DNA of 60,069 nucleotides, counting the filler, from Basidiobolus ranarum (taxonomy: Eukaryota), in NCBI GenBank assembly GCA_040143965.1. It is 13 parts of 13 records of this genome, joined end to end, with 100 filler letters (N's around TTAATTAATTAA, not from the genome) between each part and the next. Parts side by side here need not be neighbours in the genome. Positions count along the whole stretch, not along the records: positions 9,281 to 13,816 come from JASJQH010008799.1; positions 13,917 to 18,450 come from JASJQH010008800.1; positions 18,551 to 23,082 come from JASJQH010008801.1; 10 more parts are not named here. One strand, 5' to 3'. Shown here piece by piece: positions 12,685-23,182 of this stretch; within the stretch, counting starts at the first letter, position 1; every line of letters starts with the position of its first letter. Below the pieces are notes generated by a model. The model made no database searches and was not told the origin of the DNA. It saw only the letters and a program-made list of their open reading frames with translations. Both the position numbers and the translations under genes were made by a program.

Positions 12685-13816
12685 GTTTGTTTCTTGCTAT
12701 TCCAAGATATGGCTGCTTTACTGTAGAGAAAGGTATATCCAGTTGTAGATGTTCTGTCCTCTAGAGCACGTCCCCAATCTGCATAACAAAACCCTTAGAT
12801 CCTTATTCTTATAAGATAATGTGTACCTTAATTCCAAATCAACTATCCCTTAAAATGTCTGAAAATTTGCTTAACTGCTGAACAATGCTCAGATCCTGGG
12901 TCTTGCTCATGTTGACTAACTACTCCCACTGCAACACAGCTATCTGGCCAGTTGCCAGTTGTAGCATAGATCAAGCTACCTACCATAGATTGATAAGGGA
13001 ACTCAGGACTAAGAATGTCTGAGATGTATATAGCTTGATTCAGAGTAATAGATTTGCTTAGTATATCTCTATGGATCTGCAAGCTCAATAAAAACATAAC
13101 TTCACCTAAATTGATCTTGTTGAAATGGATTGATAGATCTCTTTTGGTGTTCCTGAAAGCTTCATCACTATTGGTAGCTATAATCAGATCATCTACATAT
13201 AAGGCAAGTCTCACCTTACTGTCCTTCTCTGTATTAAAGTAGATTTTATAATTCACCAAACTCTTTTGGAAATCAAGTGATTCCAAGTATACGTCTATCA
13301 TAGTGTACCAGGCCCTGGGTGATTGTAGAAGTCCATAAAGTAATTCTTGTAGCTTACACTTGTCCTCAGAGTGCTCAAGATCCACAAGACCATCTGGATG
13401 ATCCACAAATATATCCCATTCCAAGTCCTCATTCAAAAAAGCAGTTTTTACATCCATTTGATGGAGTTTTAAGCTGTGTTACTGCCATTGCTAGTACAGT
13501 TCTGATGGAATTAAACTTTGCTACAGAGGCATATTTTCATTATAGTCTATTCATTAGCTCGTTGCTTGACTTTAAACACTTTTTTTCATTCAATTGAGTT
13601 TGGTCATCTGGTAACTTAACGAAAGTACAGGTTTTCTTATCTAAGAGTCCCTTATACTCCTCTGCCATAGCAACACTCAAAAACTTTGTGCTGGGCCTCT
13701 CCATAGCCTCCTGTACTGCTCTGGGGTGATCAGAAAAAGCTAAATTAGCACTAGCCTCCTTTTGGCTAGTGTGAGAATAGTAATATGGCAGAGATCTGAT
13801 CCAATTGGATCTCCTA
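12685..13816 (-). mobile_element. Decayed Ty1/copia reverse transcriptase and RNase H
   Basis: MDVKTAFLN, LYGLLQSPRAW, LALYVDDLIIA, FPYQSMVGSLIY, ADWG and RTSTTGYTF; cut at WNSKKQT by the CACTA terminus. Confidence 0.9.
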
Positions 13817-13934
13817 NNNNNNNNNNNNNNNNNNNNNNNNNNNNNNNNNNNNNNNNNNNNTTAATTAATTAANNNNNNNNNNNNNNNNNNNNNNNNNNNN
13901 NNNNNNNNNNNNNNNNCACTTCTTTGTTATGCAG

Positions 13935-16545
13935 GTTATCTAATCCCATATCCACAAATGCATCCTTGGTTACTATGGATCTTTTGGATCAATCCAATGG
14001 CTTATGGCTTCAAGGCACTACTTACAAATGAGATGCGTGATCTTAACTTCCTTTGTGAGGGCACTGATGCCATTCCATTCGGACCAACTTATACAGATCC
14101 TCAATATAGAAGTTGTACAATTGCTGGCAGTCAACCAGGTCATCTTAGTGTTCTAGGTGATGACTATCTGAAAGCGACCTATGGATATCTCACTTCTCAG
14201 ATGGGCATTGATATTGTGGCCGTGATCCTATTCTGGCTATTTTTCGTTGCTTGCACTGCTCTTGCATTAGAGAAGATTGAATTCACTCATTCCGGCACAA
14301 CCCGTAGTGTGTACAAGAAGGGTATGGCACCTAAGAAAAATGATGCTGGTGCTGAAGAACAAGAGCTAAAGGAACAGGCCGAAGAAGAGAAGAATGGTGA
14401 CAAGCAAACCATGGACTTGAACACCAACACAACATTCACCTGGCAGCATATCAACTACACCGTTCCCGTCAAGGGTGGTGAACGTCAGCTCCTAGACGAT
14501 ATCGGTGGCTGGATCAAGCCTGGACAAATGACCGCCTTGATGGGCAGTTCAGGTGCAGGTAAAACCACCTTGTTGGATGTACTCTCAAAGAGAAAGACCA
14601 TCGGTAAAATCGAGGGAAGAATGTACCTCAATGGTGAGCCTCTTGGTATTGACTTTGAACGTATTACCGGCTATTGTGAGCAGATGGATGTCCACAACCC
14701 AGCTGTAAGTATTCACTTTCTTATAATATTGACGAGGTGTAGCTTGTGTGAATGTGAATGTCGCTGTGACAGAGAATGTAGGTGAGTGAGTGAGTGAGTG
14801 AGTGAATGTAGTTCTCATGAATACTCGCCACCTTTGTGATCAGCATCGACACCACCTTCACCAAATGAAAGCTTCTAACTTCAAATATAGTTTCAATTGA
14901 CTAATCAGCCCCATCTTATCTTCCCTTTCCACTCCAATAGGCCACCGTCCGTGAAGCTCTTAGATTCTCTGCATATCTCCGTCAGTCTCCAGAGGTCCCT
15001 AAAGAAGAGAAGGATGCTTATGTTGAGGAGATCCTTCGCTTAATGGAGATGGAGCACATTGCTGAAGCTTTGATTGGTGATCTTGAGTCAGGAGCGGGTA
15101 TTTCGGTTGAAGAGCGTAAACGGTTGACCATTGGTATCGAACTAGTGGCCAAGCCCAAGATTCTGTTCTTGGATGAGCCTACATCTGGTTTGGATGCTCA
15201 GAGTTCCTACAACATCATCAAGTTTGTGCGTAAACTGGCCGACCACGGAATGCCCTTAGTTTGTACCATTCATCAGCCAAGCTCGATTCTCTTTGAGTAC
15301 TTTGATCGTTTGTTGTTGCTGGCCCGTGGTGGTAAGACAGTATACTTTGGTCCCATCGGCGAGAACTCGAGAGTGATGCTGGATTACTTCGAGAGGAACG
15401 GTGCACCTTCATGTCCACCTGAGGCAAATCCTTCGGAATACATCTTGGACTGTATTGGTGCAGGTATCAATGGAAAGTCCAAGGCGGATTGGATCCAACT
15501 GTGGAAAGATTCCCCTGAAGCCACAGCGGTTCAGGCTGAACTGGAGGAAGTACAGAAAAACATGAAGCCCAAGAATGAGAACGTTCGTGAATTTGCTACT
15601 GGTGAGTGGGAGCAATTCAAACTTGTGTACAAGCGTATGAATAAGACTTGGTGGCGTTCACCTGATTACAATATGGGACGTTTTGCCAAGGTTATTGTTG
15701 TCTGTCTGCTCAATGGATTCTCCTTCTGGAAGTTAGGCGATTCCGCAATTGATCTGCAAGCAAGAGTGTTCTCTATTTTCCAAATTCTTGTTCTTGGTAC
15801 TTCTCTTGTCGTCCTCGCTCAGCCCAAGTTCATGTCAGAGCGTCAATGGTTTAAACGCGAGTATGCATCTAAGCTCTACAGTTGGCGTCCATTCGGAATG
15901 TCAATTGTCCTTGTTGAACTACCTTATCTGATCATTTGTGCGGCACTCTGTATGTTCTGTGTATATTGGACTATCGGTTTCCAGGCACTAAGTGATCGTG
16001 AAGGCTACTACTTTATCATGTTCCTATTCTTCATGTTCTTCTCTTGCTCCTTCGGTCAGATGGTGGCTGCTGCCTCGGCTTCTCTCACCCAGGCCTCCAT
16101 CTTCAATTCCTTCCTTAATTCGTTCCTCAACCTGTTTGCTGGTCTCTTAATGACACCACAAGGGCTTCCCTCTTTCTGGCGCTCATGGATGTATTGGCTT
16201 GATCCTTACCACTATTTCTTGGAAGGATTGATGGTCAATGAACTGCAAGACTTCAAGGTTAACTGTAAGGAAAGCGATTACATCAAATTCCTTGCTCCAG
16301 CTGGACAGACTTGTGGAACATACGCAACTGATTTCTTGAAAGCAGCCCCGGGTTACTTGGCTGATAACAACACTACTGGACTCTGCAGCTATTGCCCATA
16401 TACTCATGGACAAGATTTCACCGCAACTTTAGGCTGGGACTTCAGTCATCGTTGGAGAAATCTGGGTATTACTATTGGGTTCTGGGTGTTCAACGTTTTC
16501 GTCACACTTGTATTCATTTGGTTGTTTAGAAAAACCAAGCGTTAG
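13935..16545 (+). CDS. PDR-type (full-size ABCG) ABC transporter, 3' part; exons 13935-14704 and 14941-16545; 5' end missing
   Basis: Walker A GSSGAGKTT, CEQMDVHNP-ATVREAL across the GTAAGT..TAG intron 14705-14940, degenerate PDR signature ISVEERKRLTIGIEL, LFLDEPTSGLD, six TM segments and a Cys-rich external loop. Confidence 0.95.
14782..14805 (+). repeat. (GTGA)n / (GAGT)n microsatellite in the ABC transporter intron
   Basis: gtgagtgagtgagtgagtgagtga read directly. Confidence 0.9.
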
Positions 16546-16949
16546 TCATAGAATTTTGTAACCACCTATTCATCATATGAATTTTGTTAGAAATTGAGGA
16601 ATTACTATACTCCACCCGTACCTCATATAGAAGACCTAATTTCGAACACTCTATCCTTTCTATCAATCATTAACATTATTCAATTACTCTTATTTCAAGT
16701 TTTCATTGAAAATATTTAGTATTTGGTAATAAATATTGCATCTTAAAATATTTTTTTAAACTGGTATTGTCAAAATAGACATTATTGAGCGATATTTTCA
16801 AAGCAATGTATTCGAGTACTACCCACATCCGCTCTGTTTTCGAGATTACCTTCTTGATAGAGTTTCCAAGTCATTTGAAGACTTGTCATTTTTAATTCCT
16901 ACTTTAAAATAATCAGCTACAGTATTTAGTTTGTAATTGTCTATCTTAA

Positions 16950-17467
16950 AGGCACGATTGTAGTAATGATATATATCCACGACTAGAGATAGTCATTATT
17001 GATGAAGCTCATAATGTTAGAGAGAATGCTAACAGATATAAGAAGCTATACGATGTCTTAACACTCCTATGACAATATACGTCTATTGATTATTACAGTT
17101 ACTCGTATGATTGAGAAGATTATAGAAATAGATTCTTTACGTAATCCTATCGCCTACTCTAATAAAACCCACCAAGATATCACTCCTAGATATAAAGGAT
17201 AAGATATTAGGTACTCTCTATATTAGTAAATTCAAAGGTAGGCAATCAGAAGAGTATAAAAAAGATCAGAAACAAAATACTAAAGATATATATTCTAACA
17301 AAAGACAAACATCTCTAACTGTTGATTCTTTCTTTAATCCAGGTATACCTTTGGATGAACAAAGTGCTTAAATAAATGCTCTACTAGATTCATTGGTACC
17401 TGAAGAATTGTGTATAGTATTTTCATTTCTTGTCACTAAAGGAATTAGATTCTTAGAGTCAGATTGA
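16950..17467 (+). pseudogene. Frameshifted fossil of an SF2 DEAH helicase, poxvirus D6/D11-like or cytoplasmic linear-plasmid-like
   Basis: Three successive frames give IVIIDEAHNVRE (DEAH at 17001-17012), NIRLLIITVTRMIE (motif III-like) and YISKFKGRQSEEY..DIYSNKRQTSL..EQSAKINALLDSL..LCIVFSFLVTKGIRFL; no introns. Confidence 0.6.
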
Positions 17468-17746
17468 GTTAGATGGACTGATAATAGTGATAAGCCTTAT
17501 AGAAGTAATAGTACAATTTCAATGACTACATGCTATCTAATTCATTTGTCGAGAGTAAAATCTAATACGAATGGACCAAGTGTAGAATGTTTGAATTGAT
17601 GAGGAAAGTTTATTAAGTTCATGTGATTGTTAAACGAGAACAAGACCAAGTTGATTACTCTTGTCCTTCAACAGGAGGCAATCCATCGTCAACTATAAAC
17701 CATTCAAAAAAGTGAGTGTGAGGGGGGGGGGAGAGTATAGGTTCAA

Positions 17747-18450
17747 TCAATACGTACCTCTGCGTCTGTAAATGGTAATTTCCTGTTGTTTGAAGTATCT
17801 ACGGTTCTCTTCATCGATCAGGACCAAGTTGAGATAGTATCTGGTGGAGAATTTCTTGTTGACATCTCTGTAAGTAGGAGTCAAGTCGAAACCACCGAGG
17901 AACAGCCGAATGGGAATGGTTTCACCTATAAACGAAGAATCGCTAAATATCATTCAAACCAAAGTACACAAAAACGTTCACAACTTTACCACGAATAGGG
18001 GCACCATCCATGATTTCGAACTTGGTCAAATTCTCGCTCTCGTTGTATTGATTAGGCGCTAGAATGCAATACTAAGTTCCAATCGAAAGAAGAAACTTAC
18101 AGATTTAGTGGAAACAGAGGATACCTGAGCCAGTGGTTTCTCGTCTAATGATCGACAACTCCATATGCTTGATTTTAATACGGACCAACAAAAAGTAAAT
18201 CTTCCCTACAATGACGTCTTTCAGATGATATCTAAAGAACAGAAGTAATGTAAGAGATAGTTCAACAAATTGAGATTCCATCACTTGACTGAGAATATAC
18301 TTTGATTTGTTGTATTCAAATTCGATATGAAGACAATCTTCGATACCAACTTCCATTTTAATGGAATTGTTAGTATCCAAAGGCATTCTATACGAATAAA
18401 CCCAAAAATCTTTCTCCTTTACGAGATCCGATAGTCTACGGGAGACAGTA
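17747..18450 (-). CDS. VPS26: Retromer subunit Vps26 (Pep8), 3' part, four exons visible
   Basis: [66 protein letters not shown] and RRYFKQQEI, joined by GT-AG introns. Confidence 0.95.
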
Positions 18451-18550
18451 NNNNNNNNNNNNNNNNNNNNNNNNNNNNNNNNNNNNNNNNNNNNTTAATT
18501 AATTAANNNNNNNNNNNNNNNNNNNNNNNNNNNNNNNNNNNNNNNNNNNN

Positions 18551-18709
18551 GGCAGCATCGCCAATGAGTCGCTCCGAGTAGTTGAAGGCCACGTAGGATG
18601 GGGTAGGTGGAGTACCTTGGTCGTTGGGGATGATTTGAACCCGATCATTTTGCCATTCGCCAACACAAGAGTAAGTGGTACCCAAATCAAGTCCGACAGC
18701 TTTGGACAT
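18551..18709 (-). CDS. Cytosolic Hsp70 (SSA-like), 5' end only, with atypical substitutions
   Basis: [53 protein letters not shown]; cut by the contig edge. Confidence 0.85.
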
Positions 18710-18840
18710 TTGTATAGTATATATAATGTAGTATATAAGATATTCAAGCGTATTCAAGGAAGAGATGAATTAATTGAACTTCTGAGATCATAAATCTCCT
18801 CATTTTATAGTTTATTTAATTAGCAGGATGATATGATCCC

Positions 18841-18903
18841 GAAAATTCTCTTGAATTCTAGCATATTCTGGCTATGTTCGCGGGGTGACTATCTAGAAAT
18901 TTC
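18841..18903 (-). promoter_or_regulatory. Putative heat-shock elements upstream of Hsp70
   Basis: GAAnnTTC units at 18841-18848 and 18896-18903, about 130-195 nt upstream of the Hsp70 ATG. Confidence 0.5.
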
Positions 18904-19162
18904 TTTTTATATCATTCCTACTAATTTCCTAATTTGGATATCCTATAAATTACGTCGTTTATCGTAAGTTGGGCCACTAAGCCTTTTTGAATGCTTGCTT
19001 AAACCAGAGTTGGCCTTGTGTTGTTAACTGTACTCATAGTAACGACGTTAACCAAGGTTCTTCCAGAACGGTATGGCGTTGTAATCCCAATCTCTATTGA
19101 GAATAGCTTCAGTAAAAATATTATTTGAAGTATCTTCGTGTGGTGACTTCACCCAGCATTTC

Positions 19163-19209
19163 AAGGTTCGGTCTCTTTGAAGGTGTGGGTTCGAATCCCG
19201 TTCTCATTA
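19163..19209 (+). pseudogene. 3' half of a class II tRNA (Leu-like), decayed
   Basis: GGTCTCTTTGAAGGTGTGGGTTCGAATCCC resembles a Leu variable arm plus T-arm/B-box and is followed by a T-run; no intact D-arm or anticodon arm is visible. Confidence 0.45.
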
Positions 19210-19575
19210 TTTTAATGTTTAACATTTATACTGTGCTGTTGATTCCCTTATATCCACTTCGAGTCAATTTCGAATTTACCAATCTTTTACACTTTTCAAA
19301 GCTCTATTGTAGATTATTATTCCGTAGTTGCTTACTTGACGATTCAAATAACTCTTAGAGTTGATAAGATTAATCAAATGGTTCAAGCTATGTGGAACTG
19401 ATCAGTACCTGAGCAATGTTTATTTATCCGAGTAAATAATATGTCTACAATTAGAAAGCGGAACAATATCCCTAATTAGGGTAGTTTTTCCGAATACAAC
19501 CAAGTATAAAAGATATTGGATCGAAGAAGTTTCTTCAATTCAATTTTGAAATTTCCATACATCCGTTTATACATT

Positions 19576-20445
19576 ATGACAGTTCAAAGACATGTTACAA
19601 GTAAAGTTGAAGCTATTACTCAATCCGAGGGGGACGGAGCACGAGTCAGAAGGAGTATTGGAACTAGTGCACTCAAAAATTTCGATCCTTTCTTAATGCT
19701 GGACGAATTTATGGTCGAGCCTCCTGCTGGATTTCCAGATCACCCTCATCGTGGCTTTGAGACTGTGACGTATATGCTCGACGGAATAGTTGCTCATGAA
19801 GATTTCGCAGGTCATCAAGGTAAAATTGGACCCGGAGATCTTCAATGGATGACTGCTGGCCGCGGTATTGTACATGCGGAGATGCCGCAAACTAAGTGTC
19901 GGGGTCTTCAGCTATGGGTTAATCTGAGTGCTGCTGATAAAATGTGTGAGCCACGTTACCAGGAGCTCCTGGACAAGGAAATTCCAAGAATATCACCACC
20001 AGGGGTCAATGCAGTAATCAAAGTGATTGCTGGTCATTCCTTTGGAGTTAGTAGCCCTGTAGTCACCAAAACACCTACCATGTATCTAGACTTCAAAGTT
20101 GAAAAGCATTCCAAATTTGAACAAGTCATCCCAGAAAGCTACCAAGGCTTCCTGTATATACTGGAAGGGGAAGGCTTCTTCGGTTCAAAGAATACACTAG
20201 GGAAAGCACACCACACATTGACCCTCAGCGAGGAAGGAGGTACCGTTAGCATAGAGACCAAGGAGAAGGCAGTCCATTTTGTACTTGTGGCTGGTGAACC
20301 AATCAAGGAACCTATTGTTCAATACGGCCCATTTGTCATGAACCACGCGAGCGATATTCAACGTACATTTACTGACTATCGCATGGGAATCAATGGCTTC
20401 GAGCGAGCCCGTACATGGCGTTCTAGGATTGGAGATCAGCATTAA
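19576..20445 (+). CDS. Pirin (bicupin iron-binding protein)
   Basis: EGDGARVRRSIG, DPFLMLDEF, GFPDHPHRGFETVTY, LQWMTAGRGIVHAEMP, GLQLWVNL and GPFVMN; intronless, 289 aa from the first ATG. Confidence 0.95.
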   Translation: MTVQRHVTSKVEAITQSEGDGARVRRSIGTSALKNFDPFLMLDEFMVEPPAGFPDHPHRGFETVTYMLDGIVAHEDFAGHQGKIGPGDLQWMTAGRGIVHAEMPQTKCRGLQLWVNLSAADKMCEPRYQELLDKEIPRISPPGVNAVIKVIAGHSFGVSSPVVTKTPTMYLDFKVEKHSKFEQVIPESYQGFLYILEGEGFFGSKNTLGKAHHTLTLSEEGGTVSIETKEKAVHFVLVAGEPIKEPIVQYGPFVMNHASDIQRTFTDYRMGINGFERARTWRSRIGDQH

Positions 20446-21166
20446 ATGGATTCCGTGATCATAAAGTTGTACTATTCCGTTGTATTTTAAATTATCCAGC
20501 TGTCCTTTTTTCTCATTATGGATTGTTCAATTATGTACACACTTAGTTAAAGAATAATTAGGCTGTATTTCAACTCGTGTGAGTAGATCGCCCATAAGTA
20601 TATATATCCAAAGACATACTCTCAGCATTAGTAGTTGGTTGTGGAGTATGGTTTATCACGCTTATCTAGTATGGTCAAGTTCAATAACAATTCCATTTAG
20701 CACTCCTTGTATAACTCCTTTATATTTGCACTACATCGAACTACTCCATAAAATTCTGTCAATTTTGAATATCTTGTTCTAGTCATTATCATATCGTCAC
20801 TATTGGAAAAATACCACGGAAGCATCGGTATAGTAAATCCGTACACCATTCTATTGAAAAGAAGAGTTTCCGATATCTGGTAACTTTTGTCTCCGACGTT
20901 CGTTCGTTTCCAAATTTACGTCTTTGATAGATTAATGATAGTAGGAAAATATCTTTCTAGAAGTTGATAAAATTTTACCGACTGGCTCTGTAGATATTGG
21001 CGTATTAGCGACGTTTTTAGTAATTACGGGATGTGTAGAAAAGGTACAAATACTAAACTGGAAGAGTGTCGAGATAAGTAAAATATACAGATGATTGGAG
21101 TATTATTTTGTCTCCACAAATGCAGCCGCTTGTTAGTTGATAGCCCAATTAAGTGACAATAATAAA

Positions 21167-21238
21167 GCCTGCTTAGCGCAGTGGTAGCGCGTCAGTCTCG
21201 TAAACTGAAGGTCGCCAGTTCAATCCTGGCAGTAGGCA
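21167..21238 (+). tRNA. tRNA-Thr(CGT)
   Basis: Full cloverleaf: acceptor GCCTGCT/AGTAGGC, anticodon arm TCAGT-CTCGTAA-ACTGA, T-arm GCCAG-TTCAATC-CTGGC, downstream T-run terminator. Confidence 0.95.
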
Positions 21239-21599
21239 ACTTTTTTTATCGACCATTCGGTTCTGATTGTTAATTCGTTCTAACCCACTTCTGGTAATAC
21301 CTTCTTGTATTCAAGCCGGAGTCATTAGATCGTATGTACCTACCTAAAGCAGGAATGATGCTTGTTAGATATTTGATGTCAATCAGAGCACAAGGTGTCA
21401 CAATAAAGGAAGTACTCTTAAATGTTTACTGGTTTAATTAATGACAAACGTGTCTTACTTTATCTGTAAGCTAACATTATTCAAATCTTGTGAAAAATCT
21501 GCATATTTATCATTGCAATATCTGCTATCATACTTCATCCCACAATATACAACACAGAAATTTCAAATTAAAACTTGATCGATATGGTACGTAACAAGC

Positions 21600-21761
21600 A
21601 TACTTACCTGGCAGGGGGAGCCTACGATCAAGTAGGTGGGCTCTTCGTCTTGGAATTTGAGCATTGCACAGCGTCTCGGAGTCCTTGACGCGAACATCCT
21701 TTGGGGTGTCTCGACTGTTAAATTTTTGTTTGTGGGAGGTGAGCGCTATGCGCCGCCTCCT
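21600..21761 (+). ncRNA. U1 spliceosomal snRNA
   Basis: 5' ATACTTACCTGG, stem-loop I loop GATCAAGTAG (U1-70K site), stem-loop II loop ATTGCAC (U1A site), Sm site AATTTTTG and a 3' GC-rich hairpin. Confidence 0.95.
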
Positions 21762-22728
21762 ATCCTTCTCCATACCAAGTTACTATTAATCTCAAAAGGT
21801 TACACTTAGAGTTATCATGTTAAGTATGATGTATGCAGTTAATGGAACTCATTGTTTGTATTTTTCATTTTAATCGCATAGCGCTATTACAATCTCCATT
21901 TACAATATAAATATCATACTAGTACTACGTTAAACTTACAGACTATATACATAGCCCATGCAGACAAAAATTTCATTCATTACAGTACATAAAAGGCTGG
22001 CATCAACATATTCATACTACCAGATCGTATATATGTCAAAATCCGACAGCTTGGAAACGTAATTGATAAAACTTGATAGAAACTAGTAATGTCTACCTAA
22101 TTAGACTAGTATCTTATGTATCTTATGGAAGAGATGAAGGAAAATATTACTACCAAGTTGTAAAGAAAAGATATTTTCGTAAGTAACTTTCGATTGATGC
22201 ATATAAATAATGAATTCAGTAGGGGTGCAGACTCGTTACAGTTTAACACCTAGCTATTTATATATCATGCTTAACTTCGCAAGCATTCAACAGCTGATAG
22301 ACTTTCAGCCAGAATTACAATGCAACCTTTTCCCACTTTGGAGTCAGAGTAGTGTACAGTTATAGTTAAACCAGGATATAGTAAAATCACTGGAAAATAC
22401 AGAGAGAATTTATGTAGGAGGCCAGAGTCAATATTAGGCCAAGTAGCCAAGATAAGCACCTCTACTAGTTATAATATATTGAAGATATATCAGTAGACTC
22501 TTTTGGGAGGTGATCAATTTGGTGACTGGGTGCACACTACTACTTACCATAGATAATTCATATTCAACGTACACACGATAAAACATTATCAACCACACTT
22601 AAGTCATAATTCATGTTAAATTGAATGGTTTTAATAATGGGAAAATTAAACAAAAGTTACAATGACATTTCTAATGGAAAATATAATAGGATATATATAT
22701 ATATATACACTCACTCATGTATAAACTT

Positions 22729-23082
22729 TTAACTTGAAGATTGGGGGTTGGAACTTGTGCCAGCTTGAGTCTCTAGTGTGGTACCTCCTGAATGTTCCGT
22801 TGAATCGTTTCGGTTGGATCGAAGTGAAGATAAAGAGCGAATTCGGGACATTGTGACACCTGGAAGTAGTCCTGGAGCCGCACTAGGGATCAATGCTAAC
22901 TGACGGTCATTAATACCTAGGGATGTTGGAGCCCGTGGATCTTGACTATCAAGAGTATAAGATCTTTTACCACGGGTACGTTTTAGAGAGTCAAAACCAC
23001 TGGTAGGACCAATTAACGTTGTTGAGCGGCTAATCAATTCGGTGTTGGATTTTCTACGTGGAAGTGATGAGGGTTGCAAAAG
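22729..23082 (-). CDS. 3' end of an unknown protein with a Ser/Arg/Thr-rich C-terminus
   Basis: Open frame of more than 115 codons from the contig edge to a stop, followed by an AT-rich 3' region with (AT)n. Confidence 0.55.
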   Translation of the reverse strand, partial: LLQPSSLPRRKSNTELISRSTTLIGPTSGFDSLKRTRGKRSYTLDSQDPRAPTSLGINDRQLALIPSAAPGLLPGVTMSRIRSLSSLRSNRNDSTEHSGGTTLETQAGTSSNPQSSS

Positions 23083-23182
23083 NNNNNNNNNNNNNNNNNN
23101 NNNNNNNNNNNNNNNNNNNNNNNNNNTTAATTAATTAANNNNNNNNNNNNNNNNNNNNNNNNNNNNNNNNNNNNNNNNNNNN

